A DNA stretch of 25,000 nucleotides from the IMG/VR virus record IMGVR_UViG_3300028897_000536; one strand, given 5' to 3'. Below the pieces are notes generated by a model that searched no databases, had not been told where the DNA came from, and saw only the letters and a program-made list of their open reading frames with translations. The first letter of the stretch is position 1, and each line of letters begins with the position of its first letter. Below are positions 9,330 to 18,356 of this stretch, piece by piece. Made by a program: the position numbers and the translations under genes. Source of the DNA: an uncultured virus (IMG/VR IMGVR_UViG_3300028897_000536) (taxonomy: Duplodnaviria > Heunggongvirae > Uroviricota > Caudoviricetes).

Positions 9330-11389
9330 TATTTTGGTACTAATGCTCCTAATAAATTTAATCTTCTATTATATGTGGTTTTAGTAGACGATAAATACTG
9401 AAGATATATTGTTTCTCCTTCTAATACAACTATTCCTCCTAATGGAATAGAAGCTGTTTGATATTGAGTATTCGCTGAAGTTAAAGTAAGATATAAAAAT
9501 TCTACATATCCACAAAATTGAATTGCTCCAGCTTGCCCAGTTGCAGAATGTGTAATATTTGTAATATCTATTAAACCGATATCTCCTGTTTGTAATGTAA
9601 CTTCTAATCTAGTTCCTATTAATGAGCCTTTTGTAAATGTAACAGTTCCTGTTCTTCCTGTTATTCCTTTACTATTGGTATAAGTAATAGTAAAAGTATC
9701 ATTAACTCCTGAACCTATCTCACTTGTAACACAAGCATATAATCTTGTTGCATATCTAGGTAATATAAAACTATTTTGATCGGTAAAAGTATTTGTAGGA
9801 CAATCAAATATTCCTATAGGATTTTTATAAATAGCTCTAATTCTTTCATTTGCTGTTTCGGATTGTCCTTCAAATGCTAAAACATTTAAATCATAACCTT
9901 CTGGTATTGTATAATCTAATACCTCTTGCCATTCTCCTGCATTTATAGCCGAATGTTGTCTATGAAATAAAATTTGAACTGTTGTATTTGTAAGAGGAGG
10001 AGTAAGAGATACTTCTAATCTTCCATCTGAACTTACTTTAACATTTTTATATACTCCATCTGTACTTCCTGTTAATATTGCTTTTACTAATTCGGCATCG
10101 TTCTCTCCTGTAATGATATCTTCTATTCTATGTGAAGAAGCTTTATAATTAAAAGGATGCAATATTGTTTGTATTCTAAATTTAGATTGTGAAGTACTGC
10201 TATTATTTTTATAATATATTCTAAAATAACGACTAATTGCTCCAAATGAATAACTATGTCCTCCAGATACAATAGTAAACGTATCATTAGTATCTATAGA
10301 TATTCCATCACTAGACCATTCTATCATAAAACCGTCTTCAGCTGATTCTACATCAGTATAAATTAAAATATTTATTGTACTATAATCTAATATTTCTTCC
10401 CATTCTCCTATAAATTCTTCTCCTATACCTAAAGTATCAACTGTAGAATTTAAAGTAGAAATTTTATTTCTTCCATGTGATATTGTTTGTAATTTATTAT
10501 CAGCAGTAATGTTTGCTTGATTTATTCCATCCCATAGTTTAACTTTAGCTACTCCATTATTAAATAATTCTACTAATTTATCCCAGAGATCTTTTAATTT
10601 ACTTAGAACAGTTATTCCGCTTTCTTGTCCAATAGTATCTAATATACTTTCTATATCTTCTTCTAAAGTAGACAAATCTTTATTATTTGTTCCTTTAATA
10701 GCATCTCTCAATTCTGTTAAAGAAATATTTAACTGTCCATATATATTTGATAATGTTGATTCTGATGCTCTGGTAGATAATTCTACATTAAGTTGATTTA
10801 TAATATTTTGTAGCTTTGTTAAAACTGTAACTCCAGATTCTTGTCCAATAGTTTCTTTTATTTCAGTCAAAGTAGCTTCTGAAGCTCTTGTAGAAAGATT
10901 AACATCTATTTTATCAATGATAGTTTGTAATTTTGTTTCTACTGTATCTAAATAATTTTTAACTTCTATTAAAGTAGATTCGGATGCTCTTGTTGATAAA
11001 GCTACATCTAATTTCGCCAAAATGTCTTGAACTTCATCTAAAAGATTAGTTCCTGATTCTTCGCCTAAAGCATTTAGAAGAGACTGTAAAGTACTTTCTG
11101 ATGCTCTAGATGATAATAAAACATCTAGCTGATCTCTAACAGATTGGACTTTTTCTTCTAAATCGTCAGTATTTAAATTTATTTGTCCAGCTTCTATTTT
11201 AATATTTTCTGTAGTTAATTCTAAATCATCTACTGCATTATAAATAGACTGTAAAACGGACTGTAAAGTTGTTTTTAAATCTTCTAACTTTTCTACAGTA
11301 GCTGGATTAATTTTGTTACCATCGGCATCATGCAATCCTATTGGATCTGGTGCTCCACGATTTGATTTTGCTACAATTAATTTTCCCAT
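9329..11389 (-). CDS. Fibre-like virion protein with LSTRASESTL repeats and beta-rich C-terminal domains
   Basis: Four L(S)(T/S)RASE(S/A)TL and three (L/I)G(E/Q)ESG repeats in a helical N-half; Thr/Gly-rich beta C-half. Confidence 0.65.
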   Translation of the reverse strand: MGKLIVAKSNRGAPDPIGLHDADGNKINPATVEKLEDLKTTLQSVLQSIYNAVDDLELTTENIKIEAGQINLNTDDLEEKVQSVRDQLDVLLSSRASESTLQSLLNALGEESGTNLLDEVQDILAKLDVALSTRASESTLIEVKNYLDTVETKLQTIIDKIDVNLSTRASEATLTEIKETIGQESGVTVLTKLQNIINQLNVELSTRASESTLSNIYGQLNISLTELRDAIKGTNNKDLSTLEEDIESILDTIGQESGITVLSKLKDLWDKLVELFNNGVAKVKLWDGINQANITADNKLQTISHGRNKISTLNSTVDTLGIGEEFIGEWEEILDYSTINILIYTDVESAEDGFMIEWSSDGISIDTNDTFTIVSGGHSYSFGAISRYFRIYYKNNSSTSQSKFRIQTILHPFNYKASSHRIEDIITGENDAELVKAILTGSTDGVYKNVKVSSDGRLEVSLTPPLTNTTVQILFHRQHSAINAGEWQEVLDYTIPEGYDLNVLAFEGQSETANERIRAIYKNPIGIFDCPTNTFTDQNSFILPRYATRLYACVTSEIGSGVNDTFTITYTNSKGITGRTGTVTFTKGSLIGTRLEVTLQTGDIGLIDITNITHSATGQAGAIQFCGYVEFLYLTLTSANTQYQTASIPLGGIVVLEGETIYLQYLSSTKTTYNRRLNLLGALVPK

Positions 11390-11718
11390 TATACAATCTT
11401 TCCAAATAATGCTCTTCCAGTAACTCTGAAAGGGGCATCTAATTCATCTTGAATATCTATCGAAGGACTCCATTTAATAACTAATTCATCTACAGATAAA
11501 GGAGCCATTTCTTTAGGAGCTTCAAGAATTTCTACTTCTTCGTTAGTTACTATAAATTGCAAATCTAATAAAGTTGCTTTTGAATCGTTATAAACATAAA
11601 ATTTAAATTCTTTAGAATCCCCTGCTGAAACTATTCCTAAAGGAAGAACAGAATTATCAGTTATTTCTTGAGTTAATTCTTTATCTTTATAGAATTTTAA
11701 ATTTTTAAAGCTTCCCAT
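11389..11718 (-). CDS. Small Ig-like protein (possible decoration protein)
   Basis: LGIVSAGDSKEFKFYVYN...P.EMAP.....LVIKWSP matches an Ig-like beta-sandwich pattern. Confidence 0.5.
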   Translation of the reverse strand: MGSFKNLKFYKDKELTQEITDNSVLPLGIVSAGDSKEFKFYVYNDSKATLLDLQFIVTNEEVEILEAPKEMAPLSVDELVIKWSPSIDIQDELDAPFRVTGRALFGKIV

Positions 11719-11719
11719 A

Positions 11720-13540
11720 TTATTCCTTACTTTCTTTATTTCCTAATAATTTATCCAATAATTTTTCTTTCTTTTCTTTTAGAACTTTTTCTTTCTCTTT
11801 AAGTTCTAAATCTTTTAATTTCATAGCTTCGTCTATAATTGATTTTTCTTCTTCTTCGAGAGCTTTATCAATAATGGCTTTATTAAGAGAAAGAGGTTCT
11901 AATTTTCCTTCTACTCTTTTTCTTTTTCTAACCCAAATTCCTTTTTTGTTTTTCCTTCCTATTTGTCTAATTACTGACCAAGCTACTCTAAAAGCTCTAG
12001 TTTCATTTTGATATTGTTTTAAAGCATTATTAAAGACTCTTAGAAAAACGCTTTGTAGATCTTTACTTACATTTTCTTTTACTTGTTTTGGTAGTTGGTT
12101 GATGTTTTGATAAGGAGCTCCTTCTAAACTGCCTACATCATATTCTTGTTTTTCTATTTCGTCCTTTTTATCTTCAGGAATTTCTTCTTCATCTATCTCT
12201 GATTCTGGACTAAATCCAGGTAAATCTATTCCTTGTCCTTCCTGATTTCTAGTAATAGGAGGATACATTGTTTCTTGTATTCCTTCTAAGTCTTCTTTTT
12301 CTCTACGATATACTTCTGTTTCAAAATCAACTTCTCCTATTAATTCTACTGCTGTTTTTGAAGAAACTCTTCCTCTATCATAAAGTTGTCTAATATGATC
12401 TTTAAATTCGGCTGTCATAAAAGCTCTTACTGGCGAAGAACTAATATACCATTCGTAATTAACCCACTTAGGGTGATCCTCTTTATTTTTTTCTATAATT
12501 ATTTTTATTAGTTCTTTTAAAATTTGTTTAAAATCTTTTACACCAGTTTTTACTTCTTCTATAAATGCTTTTGGATTTAAAATGCTTTCTCTTCTACTCG
12601 TACTAACTGCCTCAACTACATCAATAAATCCTAAACCTGCTAATATATTTCTTTCTGCACTTGCAAAAAGATCTTTATTAAAAATTGCTGATAAATCAGG
12701 AATTAAATGTTTAATTTCTTCATCAAAATTAGTAACTCTTGTAGGTACACTAGTTTTACTTGTATTTAATTTTAATTCTTGAATTTCTTGCATTAATGTT
12801 TTGAATTGTTCAAGGACTTTTGTTAATTGTTCGTCATTATAAGTGAAATCTTTTTGAATATATAAATTTTCTGTTCCTTTTTTGACTAAAAATAAATAAG
12901 GTATAATTCTATCAAGTATTTCTGTTTCTTTACTTTTAATTGATTCTATAATTTTCCAGTTATGATATACTCCTCGTTTAATAAGATAAGGAGTAGGATA
13001 TTTATCGAACCATCTTCCATATGGTTTAGTAATTATAACATTATTATCTAATTTATAATCAGTACTTGATCCTATATAATAATCATAATTAAGAATTCTT
13101 AATTTTTGATCTTTAGAATTTTTATCTTTAGCATGCACACTTTCTCCATCAATAAAATATAATTTAGATGGAACAATAACTCCTTGTATTTCTGTCCATC
13201 CTCCTATTTTTAAAATAGGAAAAGAAGAATATTTCCATCTCTCTTTAAAGTATTCTTTAGCTAATGGAGAAATACCTGATGGAATTTGTCCATTGAATTC
13301 CATGTTAATATTATCTAACCATTCTTGTAATATTTTATTAAAATCATCATTATCAGATTCTATTTTAAAATCAACAGAAGCACTATCTACAGCGAAATCT
13401 GTTAAAGAATCTACTAAACCTGAAACATCATCTTCCAACATACGTTTTATTTCTTTAATCTGTTCGTGATATTCTGTTGGAACTGTTATTTTTCTTGTTA
13501 ATGCACTTAAAAAATAATTAAGAATATTGGCATTATCCAT
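11720..13540 (-). CDS. Portal protein with C-terminal ChaB domain
   Basis: 606 aa immediately after TerL; acidic linker followed by PYQNINQLPKQVK...VFLRVFNNALKQY..ETRAFRVAWSVIR...GIWVRK, matching the ChaB pattern. Confidence 0.8.
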   Translation of the reverse strand: MDNANILNYFLSALTRKITVPTEYHEQIKEIKRMLEDDVSGLVDSLTDFAVDSASVDFKIESDNDDFNKILQEWLDNINMEFNGQIPSGISPLAKEYFKERWKYSSFPILKIGGWTEIQGVIVPSKLYFIDGESVHAKDKNSKDQKLRILNYDYYIGSSTDYKLDNNVIITKPYGRWFDKYPTPYLIKRGVYHNWKIIESIKSKETEILDRIIPYLFLVKKGTENLYIQKDFTYNDEQLTKVLEQFKTLMQEIQELKLNTSKTSVPTRVTNFDEEIKHLIPDLSAIFNKDLFASAERNILAGLGFIDVVEAVSTSRRESILNPKAFIEEVKTGVKDFKQILKELIKIIIEKNKEDHPKWVNYEWYISSSPVRAFMTAEFKDHIRQLYDRGRVSSKTAVELIGEVDFETEVYRREKEDLEGIQETMYPPITRNQEGQGIDLPGFSPESEIDEEEIPEDKKDEIEKQEYDVGSLEGAPYQNINQLPKQVKENVSKDLQSVFLRVFNNALKQYQNETRAFRVAWSVIRQIGRKNKKGIWVRKRKRVEGKLEPLSLNKAIIDKALEEEEKSIIDEAMKLKDLELKEKEKVLKEKKEKLLDKLLGNKESKE

Positions 13541-13541
13541 A

Positions 13542-15158
13542 TTATACTCCTTTTTTATCCCAATTTACAACACCAATTCCTGGTGTTTTCCTTACTATAG
13601 GTTTCGTTTGATTAAAATCTTTTTTTAACCATTGTGCTATTGCAAAAACTCTCCATGCTGAAAATAAATGATCTCCACTATCACAAATACATTCATATCT
13701 AGTTCTTGTATCTGTTCTAATAGAAATTACTTTTTCTAATTGTTTATCAAATTTGTAGTCTATAGGAAAAAAACATCTTCCTTCATAAAATAATTGTTTT
13801 AGTCTTGTAACTGACCATTCTGACATATATTCTTGTTTATATACTGGCATTCCTTTTTGAAAAATAACATTTCCTTTATCGTCTTTTTCAAAATCAACTT
13901 CTATTTTTTCTCTTCCTGCATATTTAACAATATTTTCTTTTGAATATATTAATTCTAATTCTCTTGCAATTGCTCTTCCTGTTCCATCTCCACAATCTAT
14001 ACCTATTACGTTTGCTTTTAATTTTTCTATAATATATTTGAAAACTTCTAATTGCTCATCATGTGTCAAATTATAAAGTACAATATTGTAGTTATATTTA
14101 TATTTGTCTTTAATTTCTGATAAAATGATAATATCAGTTCCTGCACTTTCTCCGATATCTGCACATATAAAAATACGATCTGCATTTTTTGGTCTATCTA
14201 AAATAATTAAATTTCTAAAATTATGATAACTGTCTTTATTAATTTCGAATCTTTTTATATCGTCTTTACTATAAAACTGTCTAACTCTTTGCATATCAAA
14301 TTCTGATATACCATCAGGAACTATTTCTCCTTTAACAAAAATTCTATAGTTAATTGTTTCTCCTCCGTATTCTTTTAGTCTTTCTTCTTTAGCTTTGTTA
14401 TCCCATTTAGGATTTACATATTGAGGGTAATTAATTACTTTTATTTTATTTGCTAAATCATTAAATATTCTACCAATAGGAGAATGTGTAGTAAAATTAG
14501 TCATTCCAGCTAATCTTATTACTGCTCCTAATTCTGATACTGATTCTTGTCTTTTTTTAAAAACTTCTTCTGTTTCAAAGCTTACTTCATCTCCCCACAG
14601 TTTACTTACATGCAATTGGTAAAATTGTTCTCCTGGAGATTTTCCTTTTAAGGTCATATTAACACCTTGAAGTTTCCATTTATTCTTTTTACCATAAAAT
14701 TTAATTTCTGGTTTAAAACTACATTTAAAATCCCACATTTTAAAAATAGGATGATATTCAAAAGCTGTTTTTACATCATCTAAAATTCCTCTAAGTCTTT
14801 TTTCATCTATAGAATAAAATGCTCCCCATAAATTTTCATCATAAAGTCCTGATAAAGCTATATCTATTTTAAGAGTTATTAAACTCTTTCCGTATAATCT
14901 TCCTCCTAAATTATAAATATCTCCAACATTCTTTTTTAATTGGAATTTCTCCTTATCGGTTAATCCTTCTATTTCAGTATCTATAATTGCTTCATATGAA
15001 AGAAATGGAATTTGATACAATCTGACATTACCTAGTTTTTCTTCGTCAAAACTGCCTAAATCATCAAAATTGTGAAATAAACACTCTGCTAGACATAAAG
15101 GATTATGCCAACATTGCATAAATTCTAATTCTTCTTTATTAATTTTTTCTAATAACAT
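13542..15158 (-). CDS. terL: Terminase large subunit
   Basis: Walker A GGRLYGKS, Walker B LWGDE, RNase H-like nuclease motifs ICADIG, IGIDCG, GDHLFSA. Confidence 0.9.
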   Translation of the reverse strand: MLLEKINKEELEFMQCWHNPLCLAECLFHNFDDLGSFDEEKLGNVRLYQIPFLSYEAIIDTEIEGLTDKEKFQLKKNVGDIYNLGGRLYGKSLITLKIDIALSGLYDENLWGAFYSIDEKRLRGILDDVKTAFEYHPIFKMWDFKCSFKPEIKFYGKKNKWKLQGVNMTLKGKSPGEQFYQLHVSKLWGDEVSFETEEVFKKRQESVSELGAVIRLAGMTNFTTHSPIGRIFNDLANKIKVINYPQYVNPKWDNKAKEERLKEYGGETINYRIFVKGEIVPDGISEFDMQRVRQFYSKDDIKRFEINKDSYHNFRNLIILDRPKNADRIFICADIGESAGTDIIILSEIKDKYKYNYNIVLYNLTHDEQLEVFKYIIEKLKANVIGIDCGDGTGRAIARELELIYSKENIVKYAGREKIEVDFEKDDKGNVIFQKGMPVYKQEYMSEWSVTRLKQLFYEGRCFFPIDYKFDKQLEKVISIRTDTRTRYECICDSGDHLFSAWRVFAIAQWLKKDFNQTKPIVRKTPGIGVVNWDKKGV

Positions 15159-15180
15159 TAATTTTTAAGATACGAGGAAA

Positions 15181-15846
15181 TTATGAACTTTTATCTGGTG
15201 AGCTATTATCGGTGGGATTTAATCTATAAATATGCTCTTCGAGCCAATCAATATAATCAGTAGATTCTACTTCTTCTCCCAATAAAACTTTAGCAACGTC
15301 TAGTTTAGCTATCTTTCCTTCTTTATATAATTTCCAAAGATGTTTATTAGCTAAAATTCTGTCTTCAAAAAAAGGATGTTTTAAAGCATCCCAAGCATCT
15401 GTTTTTATCTTTAGCATGACCTCTTTTTGACAATGAGGACATGGAAACGATCTAGAACCTTGATTTTCTTTAAGCCAAATTTTAAATTTTTTACCAAGAG
15501 TTTTAAACTTCTTGTAATTATCGTCATCTTTCTTTGTCTCAAATAGTCCTAGTTTATCCTTTAAAATAAGTATGATTTCCAAATTATCAGAAAGCAGTTT
15601 TTGTAAATGAGCAGGGGCTACTTCTGGCAATCCTGTGGCTTTATTTTTGCCTAACTTGCCTATTTTACCTTTTATTCGTTCCTGAAGGGATTCAGCGAAT
15701 ACTAACTCTTCCAATAATTGCAAATCACTCAAATTATCTATATGATAACGAGTTCTGTATTTATTAAATCTTTTTCGAGCTAAATTTCTTTCAGAGGTAT
15801 TTAATCCAGTACCTTTAAATTTATATTGTCCTATATTTTCTGTCAT
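15181..15846 (-). CDS. terS: Terminase small subunit (positional)
   Basis: First gene of late operon directly upstream of terL; helical and basic; SD AAGGA. Confidence 0.55.
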   Translation of the reverse strand: MTENIGQYKFKGTGLNTSERNLARKRFNKYRTRYHIDNLSDLQLLEELVFAESLQERIKGKIGKLGKNKATGLPEVAPAHLQKLLSDNLEIILILKDKLGLFETKKDDDNYKKFKTLGKKFKIWLKENQGSRSFPCPHCQKEVMLKIKTDAWDALKHPFFEDRILANKHLWKLYKEGKIAKLDVAKVLLGEEVESTDYIDWLEEHIYRLNPTDNSSPDKSS

Positions 15847-15857
15847 TATGTCCTTAC

Positions 15858-15898
15858 AATAAAAACGCCCATTGTAGATGATTATCTAAACAATGGGC
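15858..15898 (-). terminator. Intrinsic terminator in the leader of the late operon
   Basis: Minus strand GCCCATTGT-tt-AGAT-aatc-ATCT-ACAATGGGC then GTTTTTATT, ending ~12 nt before the terS ATG. Confidence 0.7.
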
Positions 15899-15961
15899 TT
15901 CTATAATTAAATATATATGAAAAAATATATATATAAGTAGTATTCATCCCTTCTATTATAT

Positions 15962-15991
15962 AGTATAACATATATAAGGGGGGTTTGTCAA
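15962..15991 (-). promoter_or_regulatory. sigma70/sigmaA-type promoter for the late operon
   Basis: Minus strand TTGACA-N18-TATACT with extended -10 TG. Confidence 0.7.
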
Positions 15992-16042
15992 GGGTTAAAT
16001 GACATTATTTTGTAATATATCTATAATATAAAGACTATTAAA

Positions 16043-16064
16043 TTATCTCAATATATTGAGATAA
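16043..16064. repeat. Perfect 22-bp palindrome
   Basis: TTATCTCAATATATTGAGATAA is its own reverse complement. Confidence 0.9.
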
Positions 16065-16077
16065 AATCAATAACTTA

Positions 16078-16091
16078 TGTAAACGCTTCCA
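16078..16091. promoter_or_regulatory. cre/LacI-like operator
   Basis: TGTAAACGCTTCCA, close to the cre consensus TGWAANCGNTNWCA. Confidence 0.45.
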
Positions 16092-16697
16092 TTTCCTCCC
16101 CCCAAACCCCCTCCTAACCATCGATCCGTCTCATTTCATTCGACTCCTCTCGGTCAGCTTCGCTGTCCTTTGCGGACTTTAGTGTCCGCTTGGGGCTTTT
16201 ATAGGATATAACTTATATCTAATATAGTCTAAAACCTATAATCTTAAAAGAAGCCGAACCGATCTAAAAACCTATAACTATGCTAAACGTTACCCCTATG
16301 GAGAGGGCTTTCTTACCGCTTTATAGCGGTAAATCATCACTTTCGTGATTCTCGGCAATTTATTGTTATTCGGTGGCTTTTTCTTAAAAAAAGACTGTTT
16401 TTAGGTGTTTTTAGGTCATTTTGGCTCGTTTTAAGGGTACTATTGGTGTATATTATTTAAAAAATGGGCGGTTTGCTAAATTCTACCCTATACCCTAAAA
16501 TGCTATAAACCCTTTAAAATCAATGGTGTTAAGGTAATCTAATTATAAGATAGATTACTAAAAGCGGTCTATCTTTACATATTGCGTTTATCATTGATAA
16601 CCGCTTTGCCTTTATCCCTTAACCTCTTATAATTACCCTTTAAGGCATTATTTAAGGTTGATTAGATTTTATCTTGTCAAAGAGCAGTTAAGACTTT

Positions 16698-17228
16698 TTA
16701 GAGGTCTTTTAAGATTGCTTCTCCTTGTCTATAAGATAAGATTTTTTTATAAATGCTTAAAGCTATAAGTCTTTGAATTTTTGAAGTAGTTGCGGAATAG
16801 TATTTTAAATTAAAATAGTTGTCTTTTTCGGAATAAATCAAGGTAGAATAAGAGAAGATTTTATAATCCGTTGAAGTCTTTATACCATAGCAAGAATTAC
16901 CTTTAAAAGATTGTCTTTGATTTATTCGGCTTTCAATCTCGGCATTTTTGCTATAACCTTTTGGAGTATCGGCTTGATTGTCTTTTACATATTCGCTTAC
17001 ATAGACTTGGAATTTACCGCAAGAAGTTATTGCGTAATAGTTGCCTTTTTTGATTTTATTTAAAAATTGATTAGCTGTTAATGCGATTTCGGTTTCACTT
17101 CCAAAACCGCTATTATCTACAAAGTATCTTTTAACCTCTTTAAATCCTAAAGGGTTATAAGTTAAATTCGGGCATTTTTTAAAAATGTTTTCGTCTTTGT
17201 CTTTTATTGCTTTATAAGGTCTTTTCAT
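16698..17228 (-). CDS. Early hypothetical protein, apparently two fused small phage domains
   Basis: N-half FVDNSGFG..E.ALT..QF...YAI...G.FQVY; C-half IFSYSTLIY...YYSATTSKIQ; SD AAGGAG. Confidence 0.75.
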   Translation of the reverse strand: MKRPYKAIKDKDENIFKKCPNLTYNPLGFKEVKRYFVDNSGFGSETEIALTANQFLNKIKKGNYYAITSCGKFQVYVSEYVKDNQADTPKGYSKNAEIESRINQRQSFKGNSCYGIKTSTDYKIFSYSTLIYSEKDNYFNLKYYSATTSKIQRLIALSIYKKILSYRQGEAILKDL

Positions 17229-17257
17229 TTTTTAAATCTCCTTTTTAAAGGTTGTTA

Positions 17258-17536
17258 TTAAAGAAAATCGGCTTTTATACTTTCAGTTGTCAATAATACG
17301 CTTGATTGATTATTTATCTTTTTAATGCTTTCAATAATAGCATTTACAGCGATTTTATTATAAATTAACTGCCTTTTTGATTTTTCGGTTAAAATCTCAA
17401 TTTTAAGCGATTTTTCTTTTATCCCTTGCCAATAACCGCAAGCGTTAATTATAGTATAACCTTTATAATAAAGATTGATAAATCCTTTTATGCTTTCAAT
17501 GTTTTTGTTTTCTGTATAAAGCGTGTATTTTATCAT
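17258..17536 (-). CDS. PII-like / SAM-lyase-like small protein
   Basis: GYTIINACGYWQGIKEKSLKIEI...IIESIKKINNQSSVLL parallels the G.Y..E..EKTV...A..LA..EQDCVLV pattern of T3 SAMase and DUF3574-like proteins. Confidence 0.5.
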   Translation of the reverse strand: MIKYTLYTENKNIESIKGFINLYYKGYTIINACGYWQGIKEKSLKIEILTEKSKRQLIYNKIAVNAIIESIKKINNQSSVLLTTESIKADFL

Positions 17537-17991
17537 AATTTTATGAGCCTTTTTCTTTTTAAATAATTTATAGCAAAATTGTCCGCTTCAATCTCGGTTA
17601 AATAACTTTTTCTGTATAACTTAAAATTATCATAACTTATCAATTCTCTTGCTTGTATAAAATGTCTAAATTCGTGAAGTATAGCAAAAAGAAAATTTAA
17701 TTTAAAAGACTTTAAAAAATCAAGTCTTTTTTGCCTTCCTTCGTAATAACAATCTTTATACCCTTTTTTGAAAGCAGAATAAACGCTTGCTAAATTTATT
17801 ATAATTTTTGATTTGGAAAGTTTACTTCCATCATAAAAATTATGGCAATACGAGGTTAAATAATCATAGTCTATTGTTACATCAATAAAAGCGTAAAAAG
17901 ACTTTTCAATCTTAAATTCCTTTAAAAGATTGTCAAAAATTTTGTAAGCGATTTTTTTGTAAATTTTTTCTTTTCTAAATAAATTTATCAT
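17533..17991 (-). CDS. Zincin-like metallopeptidase (HExxH)
   Basis: FAILHEFRHFIQ plus downstream EIEADNFA (ImmA/IrrE-like signature). Confidence 0.7.
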   Translation of the reverse strand: MINLFRKEKIYKKIAYKIFDNLLKEFKIEKSFYAFIDVTIDYDYLTSYCHNFYDGSKLSKSKIIINLASVYSAFKKGYKDCYYEGRQKRLDFLKSFKLNFLFAILHEFRHFIQARELISYDNFKLYRKSYLTEIEADNFAINYLKRKRLIKL

Positions 17992-17992
17992 T

Positions 17993-18124
17993 TTATAAAA
18001 AGGTTGTTATTTTATACCATTTAAAAGGGTTTATTTTAAAAGATAGAATTTTACCGCTTAAAAACCTTTTAAAAAGTTTTTTCTTTTTTCTTTTATTTAT
18101 TGTTTTTATTTTCTCTTTATACAT
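17993..18124 (-). CDS. Small basic hypothetical protein (43 aa)
   Basis: MYKEKIKTINKRKKKKLFKRF...; fills the gap exactly and overlaps the upstream stop via ATGTATAA. Confidence 0.5.
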   Translation of the reverse strand: MYKEKIKTINKRKKKKLFKRFLSGKILSFKINPFKWYKITTFL

Positions 18125-18356
18125 TGTTTTTTAAAAATTTATTTTCGCTTGTAAGTTTTTCAATCTCGGTTGCTAATTTATTTTTTAAAATCTCGCTTTG
18201 ATTTAATTCTATTGATAATTTTTCAAGATAATCTAATTTATTATAATCGGTTGAAAAATCAGCGATAACTTTATTTAAAGAGATTATTTTCTTTTCAATC
18301 TCTTTCCGCTTACTTATCAAGGTAAGATAATTATTTTTTAAATCTTTACATCTCAT
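18117..18356 (-). CDS. Coiled-coil hypothetical protein
   Basis: 79-aa heptad-rich ORF within the leftward early operon. Confidence 0.65.
   Translation of the reverse strand: MRCKDLKNNYLTLISKRKEIEKKIISLNKVIADFSTDYNKLDYLEKLSIELNQSEILKNKLATEIEKLTSENKFLKNNV

Noticed and set aside
12582..12782. Plus-strand 66-aa ORF
   Set aside because: Antisense shadow of the portal gene.
15850..16697. CRISPR mini-array or tRNA in the intergenic region
   Set aside because: No regularly spaced identical repeats; no T-loop (GTTCRA) or acceptor-stem geometry.
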